64,000 nt of DNA from Rhodocyclaceae bacterium. GTDB lineage: Bacteria > Pseudomonadota > Gammaproteobacteria > Burkholderiales > Ga0077523. The stretch is taken from the NCBI GenBank assembly GCA_020248405.1, contig JADCHQ010000017.1, positions 5,734 to 69,733 of the forward strand, read 5' to 3'. How positions within the stretch are numbered: the stretch's first letter is position 1; every line of letters starts with the position of its first letter. The position numbers were made by a program, and so were the translations under genes. Below are positions 14,209 to 24,233 of the stretch, in pieces. The notes below the pieces were generated by a model, which was given only the letters and a program-made list of their open reading frames with translations, was not told the origin of the DNA and did not search any database.

Positions 14209-16668
14209 CTAGAGCTGCGCCGCAGGGGGCTGCGGTGCTTCGGCCGCTTCGTCCCCGGCGCCGCCGCTGGCGGCTTCGACGACGGGTCCGGCGTACTCCC
14301 GCCGCAGGGCGAAGAACCGGCCGATGCGCTCCATCACCCGGGCCGCGAAGCAACCCTCGGGTAGGTTGCCCTCCTCATCGGGCTCGCCCGCCGGAAGGCC
14401 GGTGAGCAGCTCCATCACGTCGTCGGCGTGCTCCACCGCGTACACCTGGAAGCGGCCCCCGGCGCAGGCTGCCACCACGTCCTCGCGCAGCATCAGGTGC
14501 GGCACGTTGGCGGCCGGGATGATGACGCCCTGCTCGCCGCTCAGGCCGCGGGCGTTGCAGAGGTCGAAGAAGCCTTCGATCTTCTCGTTCACCCCGCCGA
14601 TCGCCTGGATGCGGCCCAATTGGTCGATGGAGCCGGTTACAGCCAGGCACTGGCGCAGCGGCAACTCGCCCAGGGCCGAGAGCAGCGCGCACAGCTCGGC
14701 CGCGGACGCGGAGTCGCCCTCCACGCCGCCGTAGGTCTGTTCGAAGGCCACCCGCGCCTGCAGGGCGAGCGGGATCTCCTCGGCGTAGCGCACCGACAGG
14801 TAGGCGCCGAGGATCATCATGGCCTTGCTGTGGATGTTGCCGCCGAGCTTGGACTCGCGCTCGATGTCCACGATCTCGCCCTCGCCCAGGCGCACGGTGG
14901 CGGTGATGCGGGTGGGCTGGGCGAAGGTGAATTCGCCTAGCGGATACACCGCCAGGCCGTTGACCTGGCCGATCTCGGTGCCGGCGGTGTCGATGGCCAC
15001 GGTGCCGCGCAGGATGGCCTCGCGGGTGCGGTTGGCCAGACGGCCGGCGCGGCGCTGGCGCTCTTGCGCGGCGCGCTGCACATCCATAGCGCCGATGCGC
15101 CCGGCACCACGCTGGCGGGCCCAGTGATCGGCCTCGCGCATCAGGTCAGCCACGGGTTCCACCCGCGCGGTGATGCGCTCGGCATCTTCGGCCAGCCGGG
15201 CGGCGCGCTCGATCACCGCGCACACCGCCTCGCGATCGAGCGCCAGCAACCCGAAGCGCCGCGCCAGGGTGGCCACCAGCCGGGCGTACAGCGCCTCGCC
15301 CTCTGCGCTGCGGTCCACCACGTCCTCGAAGTCCGCAGCCACCTTGAACAGTTCGCGGAACTCGGGATCGTATTCGTACAGCAGAAAGTACAGCAGCCGC
15401 TCGCCGATGAGCACTACCTTCACGTCCAGCGGCACGGCCTCGGGCTCGAGCGACTTGGTGCTGGCCAGGCTGAGCATGCGCGCCAGCGACTCGGGGCGAA
15501 GCTCACGGGCGCGCAGGGCGCGCTTCAGGCCCTCCCAGGCGAAGGGCTGCACCAGCAGCTTCTGCGCATCCAGCACCAGATAGCCGCCGTTGGCGCGGTG
15601 CAGGGCGCCGGCGCGGATCAGGGTGAAGTCGGTCACCAGCGCGCCGAAGCGTTCCATGTGCTCGATGCGGCCCAGCAGGTTGGGATGGGTGGGCAGATCC
15701 TCGAACACCACCGGCGCGCCGGCGGTCTCGGCGTTGTCCACCGCCAGGTTCACCTGGTAGCGGCGGAAGTCCGGCGCCGCCTGGAAGGGCAGGGCGGGCG
15801 CCTCGGCCGGTGCCTCCAGCCCCTGGCGGAAAGCGGCGGCATTCTCCACCACGTCCTGGCGCAGGGCCTCGATGTGCGCCACCACTGCGGGCTGGTCGCG
15901 CCAGCGCTCCAGGATCTCGTCCAGCGCCTGGCCCACGGCGGTCATCACGTAGTGGCGCTCCAGCGATTTGAGCCGCTCGCGCCGCTCGCGCATCCACTGG
16001 GGGACCTGGTGCAGGATGTGGGCAAGCTTTTCCTGGAAGGCGTTGATCGAGGTCCCAAGCCGCTCACGCTCGGACTCGGGCAGCTTGGCGAAGTCGTCGG
16101 GATTCATGGCCTCGCCGTCCTTCACCGGCGCGAGCACGAAGCCGTTGGGGGTACGCAGCAGGGCCACTTCCGCGGCGGCGGCTTCTTCGGCCAAGGCGGA
16201 CAGGGCGGACTGCTCGCGCCCCGCGAACTCGGCGTTGATTTCCTCTACGCGGGCACGGAAGTCCTCGCGCTCGAAGATACCGGGGATGGCGCTGCGAAGC
16301 TCGTCCACCAGCGCCGCCAGATCGTCGCGCAGCGCCCGGCCCCGGCCCGCCGGCACGCGCAGCGCCCGCGGGCGCGAGGGGTCGGCAAAGTGGTTGACGT
16401 AGCAGCAGTCGGGCGGCACCGGCCGGCCGCTCGCCTGGGCGGCGAGCAGCTGGCGCACCAGGCTTTCGCGGCCGCTGCCGGCGGGGCCCAGGGCGAACAG
16501 GTTGTAGCCCTCGTGGGGCACGGCCACGCCGAAGCGCAGTGCCTCCAGGGCGCGCTGCTGGCCGGGCAGTTCGGCCAGGTCCGGCAACTCGTCTGTGCTG
16601 GAGAAGGGCAGGGTGTCTAGGGTGGCGCGCCGGCACAGGCGCTCGGGCGGCAGCGGGTTATGGGTCAT
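14209..16668 (-). CDS. Lon-like (LonC/LonB-type, peptidase S16) protease
   Basis: Ser-Lys dyad motifs VEGDSAS and IGGVNEKIEGF; GALHRANGGYL; degenerate Walker A GPAGSGRE. Confidence 0.9.
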   Translation of the reverse strand: MTHNPLPPERLCRRATLDTLPFSSTDELPDLAELPGQQRALEALRFGVAVPHEGYNLFALGPAGSGRESLVRQLLAAQASGRPVPPDCCYVNHFADPSRPRALRVPAGRGRALRDDLAALVDELRSAIPGIFEREDFRARVEEINAEFAGREQSALSALAEEAAAAEVALLRTPNGFVLAPVKDGEAMNPDDFAKLPESERERLGTSINAFQEKLAHILHQVPQWMRERRERLKSLERHYVMTAVGQALDEILERWRDQPAVVAHIEALRQDVVENAAAFRQGLEAPAEAPALPFQAAPDFRRYQVNLAVDNAETAGAPVVFEDLPTHPNLLGRIEHMERFGALVTDFTLIRAGALHRANGGYLVLDAQKLLVQPFAWEGLKRALRARELRPESLARMLSLASTKSLEPEAVPLDVKVVLIGERLLYFLLYEYDPEFRELFKVAADFEDVVDRSAEGEALYARLVATLARRFGLLALDREAVCAVIERAARLAEDAERITARVEPVADLMREADHWARQRGAGRIGAMDVQRAAQERQRRAGRLANRTREAILRGTVAIDTAGTEIGQVNGLAVYPLGEFTFAQPTRITATVRLGEGEIVDIERESKLGGNIHSKAMMILGAYLSVRYAEEIPLALQARVAFEQTYGGVEGDSASAAELCALLSALGELPLRQCLAVTGSIDQLGRIQAIGGVNEKIEGFFDLCNARGLSGEQGVIIPAANVPHLMLREDVVAACAGGRFQVYAVEHADDVMELLTGLPAGEPDEEGNLPEGCFAARVMERIGRFFALRREYAGPVVEAASGGAGDEAAEAPQPPAAQL

Positions 16669-16729
16669 TGTTGGCTCGTGGCGCCGTGAAGATCATGGCT
16701 AGGTTGCGACCGGGAGAGTGGCTGCGGCA

Positions 16730-16743
16730 TTGACCGCGGTCAA
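16730..16743. promoter_or_regulatory. FNR/FixK-like box TTGAC-CGCG-GTCAA
   Basis: TTGAC-N4-GTCAA palindrome in the divergent lon/enolase intergenic region. Confidence 0.7.
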
Positions 16744-16800
16744 GCAGCGGTGCAGGGGGCGCGCCGCCGGTATAGTCGTGCGTTTTCGTCAGGTTCGCCC

Positions 16801-18027
16801 ATGTCCGTCGTCGACCGCATCGAACTCTGGTTCGTCACCGTCCCCCTGCCCGCGCCCTTCTCGCCGGCATGGATTCCCGGCAACACGCGCTCCAGGTACG
16901 CCTTTAACCTGATCCGCCTCGTCACCGACGACGGCGTGGAGGGCTGGAGCGCTTTCCCCACCTCGGGGCGCGAGCGTGCCGGACTGGGCGATCCCCTGGC
17001 GGATCTGTTCCTGGGGCGCGATCCCACCGACATGGCGCTCGTTCACGAGCGGTTGAAGATCCTCGCCATCGGCGGCAATCGCAACTGGTGGGTGGAGCCG
17101 GCCTTCTGGGATATCAAGGCGAAGCTCGCCGGGGTGCCGCTGTATCGCCTGCTGGGCGGCACGGACGAGCGCCTGCGCCTGTATGCCTCCTCGGGCGAGG
17201 TGATGCAGCCCGCCGCGCGCGTGGACGAGGCCGAGGCGCGCTTGGCCGAGGGTTTCGACACCCTCAAGGTGCGCGTGCACGACTTCGACGAGCGGGTGGA
17301 CGTGGCTGCCATCGAGCACATCGCCCGGGCCATGGATGGCCGCATGCGCATCGCGGTGGACTGCAACCAGGCGTTTCGCCTCACCCAGTTCGCCGATGCG
17401 CCACGCTGGGATCTGGCGCGTGCGACGCGCTTCGCCGATGCCGCCGCCGATGCCGGCCTGGCCTGGGTGGAGGAGCCGCTGTTCATGGAGTGGTTCGACG
17501 AGATGGCCGCGCTCACGGCCCGTTCGCGCGTGCCCATCGCCGGGGGCGAGCTGCACACCGCGGGCTGGCCCGAACTGCGCACCATGGTGGAGAAGCGCTG
17601 CTATCACGTGTTCCAGGCCGACGCCATGTGGGCGGGCGGAGTGAAGGAATGCCTGCAGGTGGCCCGGCTGTGCCGGGAGCTGGGCCTGGGCTTCACGGCG
17701 CACAGCTGGAGCACGGGCATCGGCTTCATGGTCAACGCGCATGTCATGGCAGCCTCGGGCTTCGCCGCCGAGCTGCCCTTCGAGTATCCATTGAGCCCGC
17801 CGGGCTGGACGCCCGAGGCGCGCGATGCCGTACTCGCCGCGCCGTGGCGGCACCGCGATGGCTGGCTGGACATGCCGCAGCAGCCGGGGCTGGGCGTGGA
17901 GATCGATCGCCAGGCACTTCAGCGCCTGGGGGTGTGTTTCTTTCGCGCCGATCGCGCGGCGCGGGTGTGGATGCCGGAGGTGTTGTCGCAGGTGCGCTGG
18001 TCGTCAAACAAGGGAGAGGGACGGTGA
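16801..18027 (+). CDS. Mandelate racemase/muconate lactonizing enzyme family protein
   Basis: AFWDIKAKLAGVPLYRLLGG; metal ligands VDCNQ, WVEEP, IAGGE; His in AHSW. Confidence 0.9.
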   Translation: MSVVDRIELWFVTVPLPAPFSPAWIPGNTRSRYAFNLIRLVTDDGVEGWSAFPTSGRERAGLGDPLADLFLGRDPTDMALVHERLKILAIGGNRNWWVEPAFWDIKAKLAGVPLYRLLGGTDERLRLYASSGEVMQPAARVDEAEARLAEGFDTLKVRVHDFDERVDVAAIEHIARAMDGRMRIAVDCNQAFRLTQFADAPRWDLARATRFADAAADAGLAWVEEPLFMEWFDEMAALTARSRVPIAGGELHTAGWPELRTMVEKRCYHVFQADAMWAGGVKECLQVARLCRELGLGFTAHSWSTGIGFMVNAHVMAASGFAAELPFEYPLSPPGWTPEARDAVLAAPWRHRDGWLDMPQQPGLGVEIDRQALQRLGVCFFRADRAARVWMPEVLSQVRWSSNKGEGR

Positions 18028-19028
18028 TGCCGGATGTGGGACAGGTGGTTAAGCGGGTGCGCGGGGCGGCCGCTCTGGCGGTGGCAGGGCTGTTGCTGGC
18101 GGCCACGGTGGCTGCACCAATGGCGCGGGCCGAGGATTACCCGGCGCGGCCGGTGCGGGTGATCGTGCCCTTCCCGCCCGGCTCCAGCTCGGACGTGAAT
18201 GCGCGGCAACTGGGCAAGGTGCTCTCGGAGCGGTTGCGTCAGTCGGTGGTGATCGAAAACCGGCCGGGCGCCAACGGCATCGTGGGCACCGAGGCGCTGG
18301 CGCGCTCCCGGCCCGATGGCTACACCATCGGCTTCGTCACCGGCCACGTGGTGGCGGTGAATCCGCACCTGGTGAAGAACCTCTCCTTCGATCCGCTGAA
18401 CGACTTCGTGCCGGTGCTGGTGACGGGCCGTTCGCCGGCCATCCTGGTGGTGTCAGCGGCCTCGCCGTACCGCAGCCTGAAGGACCTGCTGGAGGCCGGG
18501 CGCCGCAGCCCCGGCAAGCTCACCTACGGCAGTTCGGGCGAGGGCAGTCCGCAGTTCATCATGGCCAAGAAGCTCGAGCGCATGGCCGGCATCGAGGCGG
18601 TGCACGTGCCCTACAAGGGCGAAACCCCGGCCCTGCAGGACCTGATGGGCGGCAGCATCGATTTCTGTTTTGGATTTCCGGCAGGTACGCTGCCGCATCT
18701 GCAAGGCGGACGGCTGCGCGCCCTGGCGGTGACCACGCCGCGCCGGCTGGCGGCCTTCCCCGACATCCCCACCGTGGCGGAGTCGGGGCTAGCGGGCTAC
18801 GAAGAATCCACCCTGGGCGCTTACCTGGTGCCCCGTGGCACGCCGCCGGCCATCGTGCAGCGCCTGAACACCGAGTTCCGCGCCGCGCTGGAGGTGATGC
18901 GCGCCGAGTTCACCGGTCGCGGTTCGGACGTGACCGGCACCTCGCCCGAGGAGGCTGCGGCGCAGATCCGTGCCGAGCACGCCCGATATGGCAAGCTGGT
19001 GGCGGAACTGGGGCTGCGGCCCCAGTGA
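18027..19028 (+). CDS. Bug/TctC tripartite tricarboxylate transporter substrate-binding protein
   Basis: YPARPVRVIVPFPPG, IENRPGANG, HVPYKG, PDIPTVAESG. Confidence 0.93.
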   Translation: MPDVGQVVKRVRGAAALAVAGLLLAATVAAPMARAEDYPARPVRVIVPFPPGSSSDVNARQLGKVLSERLRQSVVIENRPGANGIVGTEALARSRPDGYTIGFVTGHVVAVNPHLVKNLSFDPLNDFVPVLVTGRSPAILVVSAASPYRSLKDLLEAGRRSPGKLTYGSSGEGSPQFIMAKKLERMAGIEAVHVPYKGETPALQDLMGGSIDFCFGFPAGTLPHLQGGRLRALAVTTPRRLAAFPDIPTVAESGLAGYEESTLGAYLVPRGTPPAIVQRLNTEFRAALEVMRAEFTGRGSDVTGTSPEEAAAQIRAEHARYGKLVAELGLRPQ

Positions 19029-19076
19029 ACGGGCCGTGAGCCCGGGCGCCGGCATTTTTTCGAAGGAGCGTTTTCC

Positions 19077-20558
19077 GTGAAGATACAACGCCTCGTTCCC
19101 GCGCTGGTGCTGGCGGCGGGCAGCCTGCTGCCCGGGCCCGCGGCCCTGGCGGGCACGCCCCTCTCGCCCGCCGAGGCGCGTGCCATTGCCCGCGATGCCG
19201 TCATCTACGGCTTCCCGCTGGTGGACCACTACCGCGTCCAGCACGCCTACTTCGTCGACCATGACAACCCCGAGTTCAAGGCTGACTGGAACCAGTTGCG
19301 CAATATCCCGCGCGTCTTCACGCCCGAGGACAAGGCGATCCAGACGCCCAATTCGGACACGCCCTACTCCTTCGCGGGCCTCGATCTGAGGGCCGAGCCG
19401 GTGGTGCTCACGCTGCCGCCCGTGACGGCGGGGCGCTATCACTCGGTGCAGCTGATCGACGCCTACACCCACAACTTCGCCTACCTGGGCACCCGCACCA
19501 CGGGTAACGAGGGCGGCAACTTCATGATCGCCGGGCCAGGCTGGACGGGCGCCACGCCACCCGGGGTGAAGCGCGTGCTGCGCGCCGAGACCTCGGTGGC
19601 CTTCGCGGCGTTTCGCACCCAGCTCTTCGAGGCCTCGGACCTGGAAAACGTCAAGGCGGTGCAGGCGGGCTACCGCGTCCAGCCCCTGTCCGCCTTCCTG
19701 GGCAAGGCAGCGCCGCGGGTGAAGCCCGTGGCGTTCGTGGCGCCGCTCACCCCCGAGCAGCAGAAGAATTCTCTCAATTTCTTCCAGGTGCTCAATTTCG
19801 TGTTGGGTTTCTGCCCCGTGCACCCTTCGGAACGCGCGTTGATGAAGCGCTTCGCCCGGCTGGGCGTGGGCTCCGGTCTGCGCTTCCACGCGGCGGGATT
19901 GCCGCCGCCGCTGCGTCAGGCGGTGGAGGAGGGCATGGCCGACGCCTGGGCGGACTTTGCCGCGTTCAAGAAGACGCGCATCGAAACCGGTGAGGTGACC
20001 AGCGGTGATCTGTTCGGCACCCGCGCGTTCCTGCGCAAGGATTACATGAGGCGCATGGCCGGTGCGGTGCTGGGCATCTACGGCAATTCGCGCGAGGAGG
20101 CCATGTATCCCACCTTCTTCACGGACGCCAGCGGCGCGCCCCTGGACGGCGCCACTCGCCGCTACGCGCTGCGCTTCGCGCCGGGCGAGCTTCCCCCCGT
20201 GGATGCCTTCTGGTCGCTCACGCTCTACGAGCTGCCCTCGAGCCTGCTGTCGGCGAATGCCATCGGGCGCTACCTCATTAACTCGCCCATGCTGCCGCGG
20301 CTGGTGCGCGATACGGACGGCGGCATCACGCTGCTGATCCAGCACGAATCGCCCGGGCCCGAGCGGGAAGCCAATTGGCTGCCGGCGCCGAAGGGCCGCT
20401 TCTGGATGAGCCTGCGGCTCTACCTGCCCCGGGCCGAGGCCATCGAGGGGCGCTGGAAGCCGCCAGCGCTGCAGCCAGCTGGCAGTGCGGCCCCCTCCAG
20501 CGCAGCCGCCGCGCCGGCGATGGTGGCCGGCGCCCCCGGCGCTTCGGCTACGCCGTGA
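19077..20558 (+). CDS. DUF1254/DUF1214 domain secreted protein
   Basis: YGFPLV, TPNSDTPYS, FWSLTLY, NWLPAP, LRLYLP; signal peptide. Confidence 0.88.
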   Translation: MKIQRLVPALVLAAGSLLPGPAALAGTPLSPAEARAIARDAVIYGFPLVDHYRVQHAYFVDHDNPEFKADWNQLRNIPRVFTPEDKAIQTPNSDTPYSFAGLDLRAEPVVLTLPPVTAGRYHSVQLIDAYTHNFAYLGTRTTGNEGGNFMIAGPGWTGATPPGVKRVLRAETSVAFAAFRTQLFEASDLENVKAVQAGYRVQPLSAFLGKAAPRVKPVAFVAPLTPEQQKNSLNFFQVLNFVLGFCPVHPSERALMKRFARLGVGSGLRFHAAGLPPPLRQAVEEGMADAWADFAAFKKTRIETGEVTSGDLFGTRAFLRKDYMRRMAGAVLGIYGNSREEAMYPTFFTDASGAPLDGATRRYALRFAPGELPPVDAFWSLTLYELPSSLLSANAIGRYLINSPMLPRLVRDTDGGITLLIQHESPGPEREANWLPAPKGRFWMSLRLYLPRAEAIEGRWKPPALQPAGSAAPSSAAAAPAMVAGAPGASATP

Positions 20559-21562
20559 ACGCCCGTTCCCCTGGAACCGTCGCGGGCGCGTGGGTGCGAC
20601 TGGCGCTGCGCGGCCTGGCGGCCCTGGGGCTGTGTGCGGCCACCAGTGCCGCAGCGGGGACATGGCCGGAGCGGCCCATCCGGCTGGTGGTGGGCTATCC
20701 GGCGGGCGGCTCCGCCGACGCGGGCGCCCGCCAGCTGGCGGGCATCGTTTCCAAGGCTCTCGGCCAACAGGTGGTGGTGGAGAACCGCTCGGGGGCTGCC
20801 GGGTCCGTGGCGGCGGCTTCCGTGGCCAGGGCGCCCGCCGACGGCTATACGGTGTTCTACGGCACCAGCGACCTGGTGATCCACGCCGCGCTCAATCCGA
20901 AGGCGGCCTACGATCCGCAGCGCGATTTCACCCCGGTGACGGGCATTGGCCGCCGCCCCGTACTGCTGGTGGCGCACCCGTCGGTGAAGGCGCGCACGGT
21001 GAAGGAACTGGTGGCCCTGGCCAGAGCGCAGCCCGGGGCCCTGACGGTGGAATCCTCCGGCGTGGGTAGCATCGAGCACCTGAGCGCCGAGGTGTTCCAG
21101 CGCGCCACGGGGGTGAAGCTCACCCACGTACCCTACAAGGGCAGCGCGCCGGCCATTCTCGATCTGCTGGCGGGCCAGGTGCAGCTGGGCTTCGAGGTGC
21201 CCCTGGCGGTGGTGGAACACGTGCGCGCCGGCAAGCTGGCGGCCATTGTCAGTTCCGGGCGCGAGCGCCTCGCCTCTCTACCCGAGGTGCCCACAGCCCA
21301 CGAGGCCGGCGTGCCGGAGCTGGATCTGCAGGCGCCCTGGGCGGGCATCTTCGTGCCCGCCAGGACGCCCTCGGCGGTGGTGGCGCGCCTGAATGCGGAG
21401 TTCGTGCGCGCCCGTAACCGGGAGGAAACCCGCGCGAGCCCAGTGTTCCTCGATTCCGTTTCCATTACTGGCACGCCGGAGGCGTTCTCGGCCTTCGTGC
21501 GCGCCGAGGTGGCGCGCTGGGCGCGGATCGCCAGGGACACCGGGGTCACCGTGGGGCAGTGA
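20555..21562 (+). CDS. Bug/TctC substrate-binding protein (second)
   Basis: WPERPIRLVVGYPAGG, VENRSGAAG, HVPYKGSAPA; GTGA overlap with the upstream gene. Confidence 0.92.
   Translation: MNARSPGTVAGAWVRLALRGLAALGLCAATSAAAGTWPERPIRLVVGYPAGGSADAGARQLAGIVSKALGQQVVVENRSGAAGSVAAASVARAPADGYTVFYGTSDLVIHAALNPKAAYDPQRDFTPVTGIGRRPVLLVAHPSVKARTVKELVALARAQPGALTVESSGVGSIEHLSAEVFQRATGVKLTHVPYKGSAPAILDLLAGQVQLGFEVPLAVVEHVRAGKLAAIVSSGRERLASLPEVPTAHEAGVPELDLQAPWAGIFVPARTPSAVVARLNAEFVRARNREETRASPVFLDSVSITGTPEAFSAFVRAEVARWARIARDTGVTVGQ
21110..21562 (+). repeat. Direct repeat copy 1 (3' end of the Bug gene); copy 2 at 24738-25061
   Basis: Near-identical runs such as ccctacaagggcagcgcgccggccattctcgatctgctggcgggc occur in both copies. 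Confidence 0.95.
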
Positions 21563-21672
21563 AGACGCCGATCAGGCGGGCCGTCGCGGGGAACCGGCGG
21601 ACGAAGCCGGCCTCGTGCTGCCCGTCTTTCGAGGGAATATTCTTGGTGAACGAGACGATGTGCAGCGCGATC

Positions 21673-21907
21673 CATGCGCACGGCGTCAGCCTGCAAGCGG
21701 CTGTGCGAGTAGCAAGCCCCCCCCCGCAAGGAACTGGAGCCGCGGTGCCGCGCCATCGCCCGCCCCGCGCTGCCCAACGAGGGACTGAGCCGCAACGCAC
21801 AAGGCCAGGCGGCGCGGCGGTTCAAGACCCCGTAGCGCGACGGCGCCAACCACATCGAACTGCGCCCGCGGGAGTTCATGCAACGACTGGCGGTACTGGC
21901 GCCGCTT
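21673..21907 (+). mobile_element. Degenerate IS91-family (rolling-circle) transposase fragment
   Basis: HGVSLQAAVR / frameshift at the C9 tract / RKELEPRCRAIARPALPNE..FKTP*RDGANHIELRPREFMQRLAVLAP matches the recalled IS91/ISCR motif GFSLHAAVR..LCRYITRPA..KTPWRDGTTH..EFMQRLAALVP. Confidence 0.8.
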
Positions 21908-22595
21908 CGCGCGTCGGCGTGAGATTTGTCGCTCGAACAAGCGGTCTGAGTGCCATGCGCAACAACGGCCTTGGGCAGAGACAACGGGCGTCCCCCGCCT
22001 GAGGTTGCTTGGCGGCGTGAACGGGTGGCCGGCAAGCGCTGATCCGGACCGATGCCGCGCCTGCCTTGCATCGGCGTTGCGAGGGAGCGCGCTGTGGCAG
22101 TCTGCTCACGGTTGACTGCGCGAGGCAAGGTGAATGCGCCGCAAGCGGATGGGAAACACGGCCTGAAAGTCCCATTCGGGCCAGGGGAAAATCTGCCTGC
22201 CTCGCCGATGCGAGGGTGTGGCGATCCTCCACGCCGCTCGTTGGCCACCCGCGAGACGAGGTGCGCGATGAGCTCCGGGTGCGCCGGCGCAGCGGTTACC
22301 GGCAACCGGTGAAGAGGCAGTCCACGGGAGGCCAGCCTCCCGCGCCAGCCAGTGCTGAGGGGGAAGGCTCCGGCTCCGGGAAGAACGCGTCAAATCCGGC
22401 GTCAAGCCATTGACCCAGGCCCGCATGGCGCCAAGACGCGTCGCGCACTCGCATTGGATATCCCGGCACGATACGTCCTCAACGGCGTTCTGCCCCGCTT
22501 GCGATCTGAACCTTTTGAAGCCACCAACCGAGCAAGGCGGCAGCAGGCCTGCCTTGGGGCGCCTGCCGCCACAGCGGCCGCAATCGAGCCCCGTC

Positions 22596-24233
22596 TTATC
22601 GCATCGGAATGCGGTAGGGTCCGATGACAGAGTTGAACAGCATGTCGCCGTTTTCGAGGAACTGCAGGATCGCGTAAGCGCCGTTGCCCTTGTTGTTCTG
22701 GCCGAAAATCGTGCGCGAGACGGTGCGCCCCGTGCTCCAGTCCAGGCCTGTCACTTCCCAGCCCTCGGCCTTGCTGTAGCCGCTGACGAAAACAGCGTTG
22801 GCACCGGAGCTCATCACCGGCACCATGCTGACGGAGACCACATCGCCCCGCGCCCAGGCCGAGAAGAAGCGATTCTCGCGCTCGTTCCAGACAATCTTTT
22901 CAACGCCGCTTGGCGGGCTGTGCACCGGACCGACCGTCATCACGTCGATGATGCGGTCGGGGTGTCCTTCCTCGATCAAGTTGTTGACCACGAACGCGCC
23001 GTAGCCGGAGACGATGATGGTCTGCTCCGACTGGAGCCAGGGGCGTTGCTCGGAGATGCCCGCGGACACCAGCTTCTGGTCGGCGATGCGCGGCGAGAGC
23101 GCGCCGGGAACCTGTCTGGCATCGGCGGGGATTTGGTCGCGCCAGAACGCGATGAGCTTCATGCGGTTCGCCCCGTCCGTGATGAGTACGAGCTTGTCCT
23201 CGTCGTCGCCGAAACCCATGAGCGTCGGCGTCGACCCGGTACCGGTGCCGGCCTTGATGGCGGGCGGCCAGTCGCCGCCGTCGTACTGCGCGGTCCACGC
23301 GCCAAGTTTCGGATCGCGCGACAGACGTCCGTCCTTCCACACCAGCTTGTGCATCACGCCAGGAAGCCGCGGTTTCTTTGACCCCGTTGCCACGTAGATG
23401 CCGCCAGCGGCGTCCACTGCCAGGGAGTTGGTGGACATCTGGTTGTCGTCTTCGAACTGGACGAACTGACCGTGCTTCAGGGATGGGTCCACCACGGCGA
23501 CACCGTTGAGCGCACCAATGACGATGTGGCCGTCGTAGGTCATGTTCATGCCCACGAGCCCCACTCTCGGCGTCTCGCCGAACACGCTGGTGGGCGGGAT
23601 GATGGAGGCAGTATCGAAGCGGGCCTTCACCTCCAGCCCCTTCGACGCATCGTTCCGGTCCACCAGCCCGATGGCCGAGACAATCGTGCCCGCGTTCGCA
23701 TAGACATAGTCCTGGTGGCTGACCAGCGCATAGATGCCCGCCGGCAGGACGGCGCCCGGGGCCGGCCCGAGGATCCCCTTCAGATGCGCCTCGGCGGAAG
23801 GCATGTCCGAGTACTTGAACTTCACGATGCGCTGCAAAGCATCGCGTGATCGGCGGGTTGCTCCGGGCAGGTCGATATCCGCGACCTTTTTCCATTGACC
23901 GCCGCGCGCATCGATGAGCGCCACCCGGTCAGTTGCCACCGACCAGAAGAACCCAGGACGCGCCGACGCGTAGGTGGAATTGTTGACCGGGCCGCCCCAC
24001 ACCGGCGTGAGGGCATCGAGATCGACCTTCTTGACACGAAGATTGATCTTGTACGGGATGCTGTTCTGCTTGGCCGGATTGATGTGCGTGACTCCGTAGA
24101 TATCGGCCGACAAGAACGCATTGCGTTCGGGACGGGTTTGCGCGGCGGCCATTTGCACGCACAGGGCCAAGCAAAGCAGCGTTGCTCCGGCGGGCCAGGC
24201 AGCGGAGGAAAGCGGGTTTTTCGTGGAGGTCAT
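22596..24233 (-). CDS. Secreted hypothetical protein (possible beta-propeller)
   Basis: 545-aa ORF with GGAG RBS, signal peptide (..AAAQT) and beta-strand-rich pattern; no family recognised. Confidence 0.8.
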   Translation of the reverse strand: MTSTKNPLSSAAWPAGATLLCLALCVQMAAAQTRPERNAFLSADIYGVTHINPAKQNSIPYKINLRVKKVDLDALTPVWGGPVNNSTYASARPGFFWSVATDRVALIDARGGQWKKVADIDLPGATRRSRDALQRIVKFKYSDMPSAEAHLKGILGPAPGAVLPAGIYALVSHQDYVYANAGTIVSAIGLVDRNDASKGLEVKARFDTASIIPPTSVFGETPRVGLVGMNMTYDGHIVIGALNGVAVVDPSLKHGQFVQFEDDNQMSTNSLAVDAAGGIYVATGSKKPRLPGVMHKLVWKDGRLSRDPKLGAWTAQYDGGDWPPAIKAGTGTGSTPTLMGFGDDEDKLVLITDGANRMKLIAFWRDQIPADARQVPGALSPRIADQKLVSAGISEQRPWLQSEQTIIVSGYGAFVVNNLIEEGHPDRIIDVMTVGPVHSPPSGVEKIVWNERENRFFSAWARGDVVSVSMVPVMSSGANAVFVSGYSKAEGWEVTGLDWSTGRTVSRTIFGQNNKGNGAYAILQFLENGDMLFNSVIGPYRIPMR

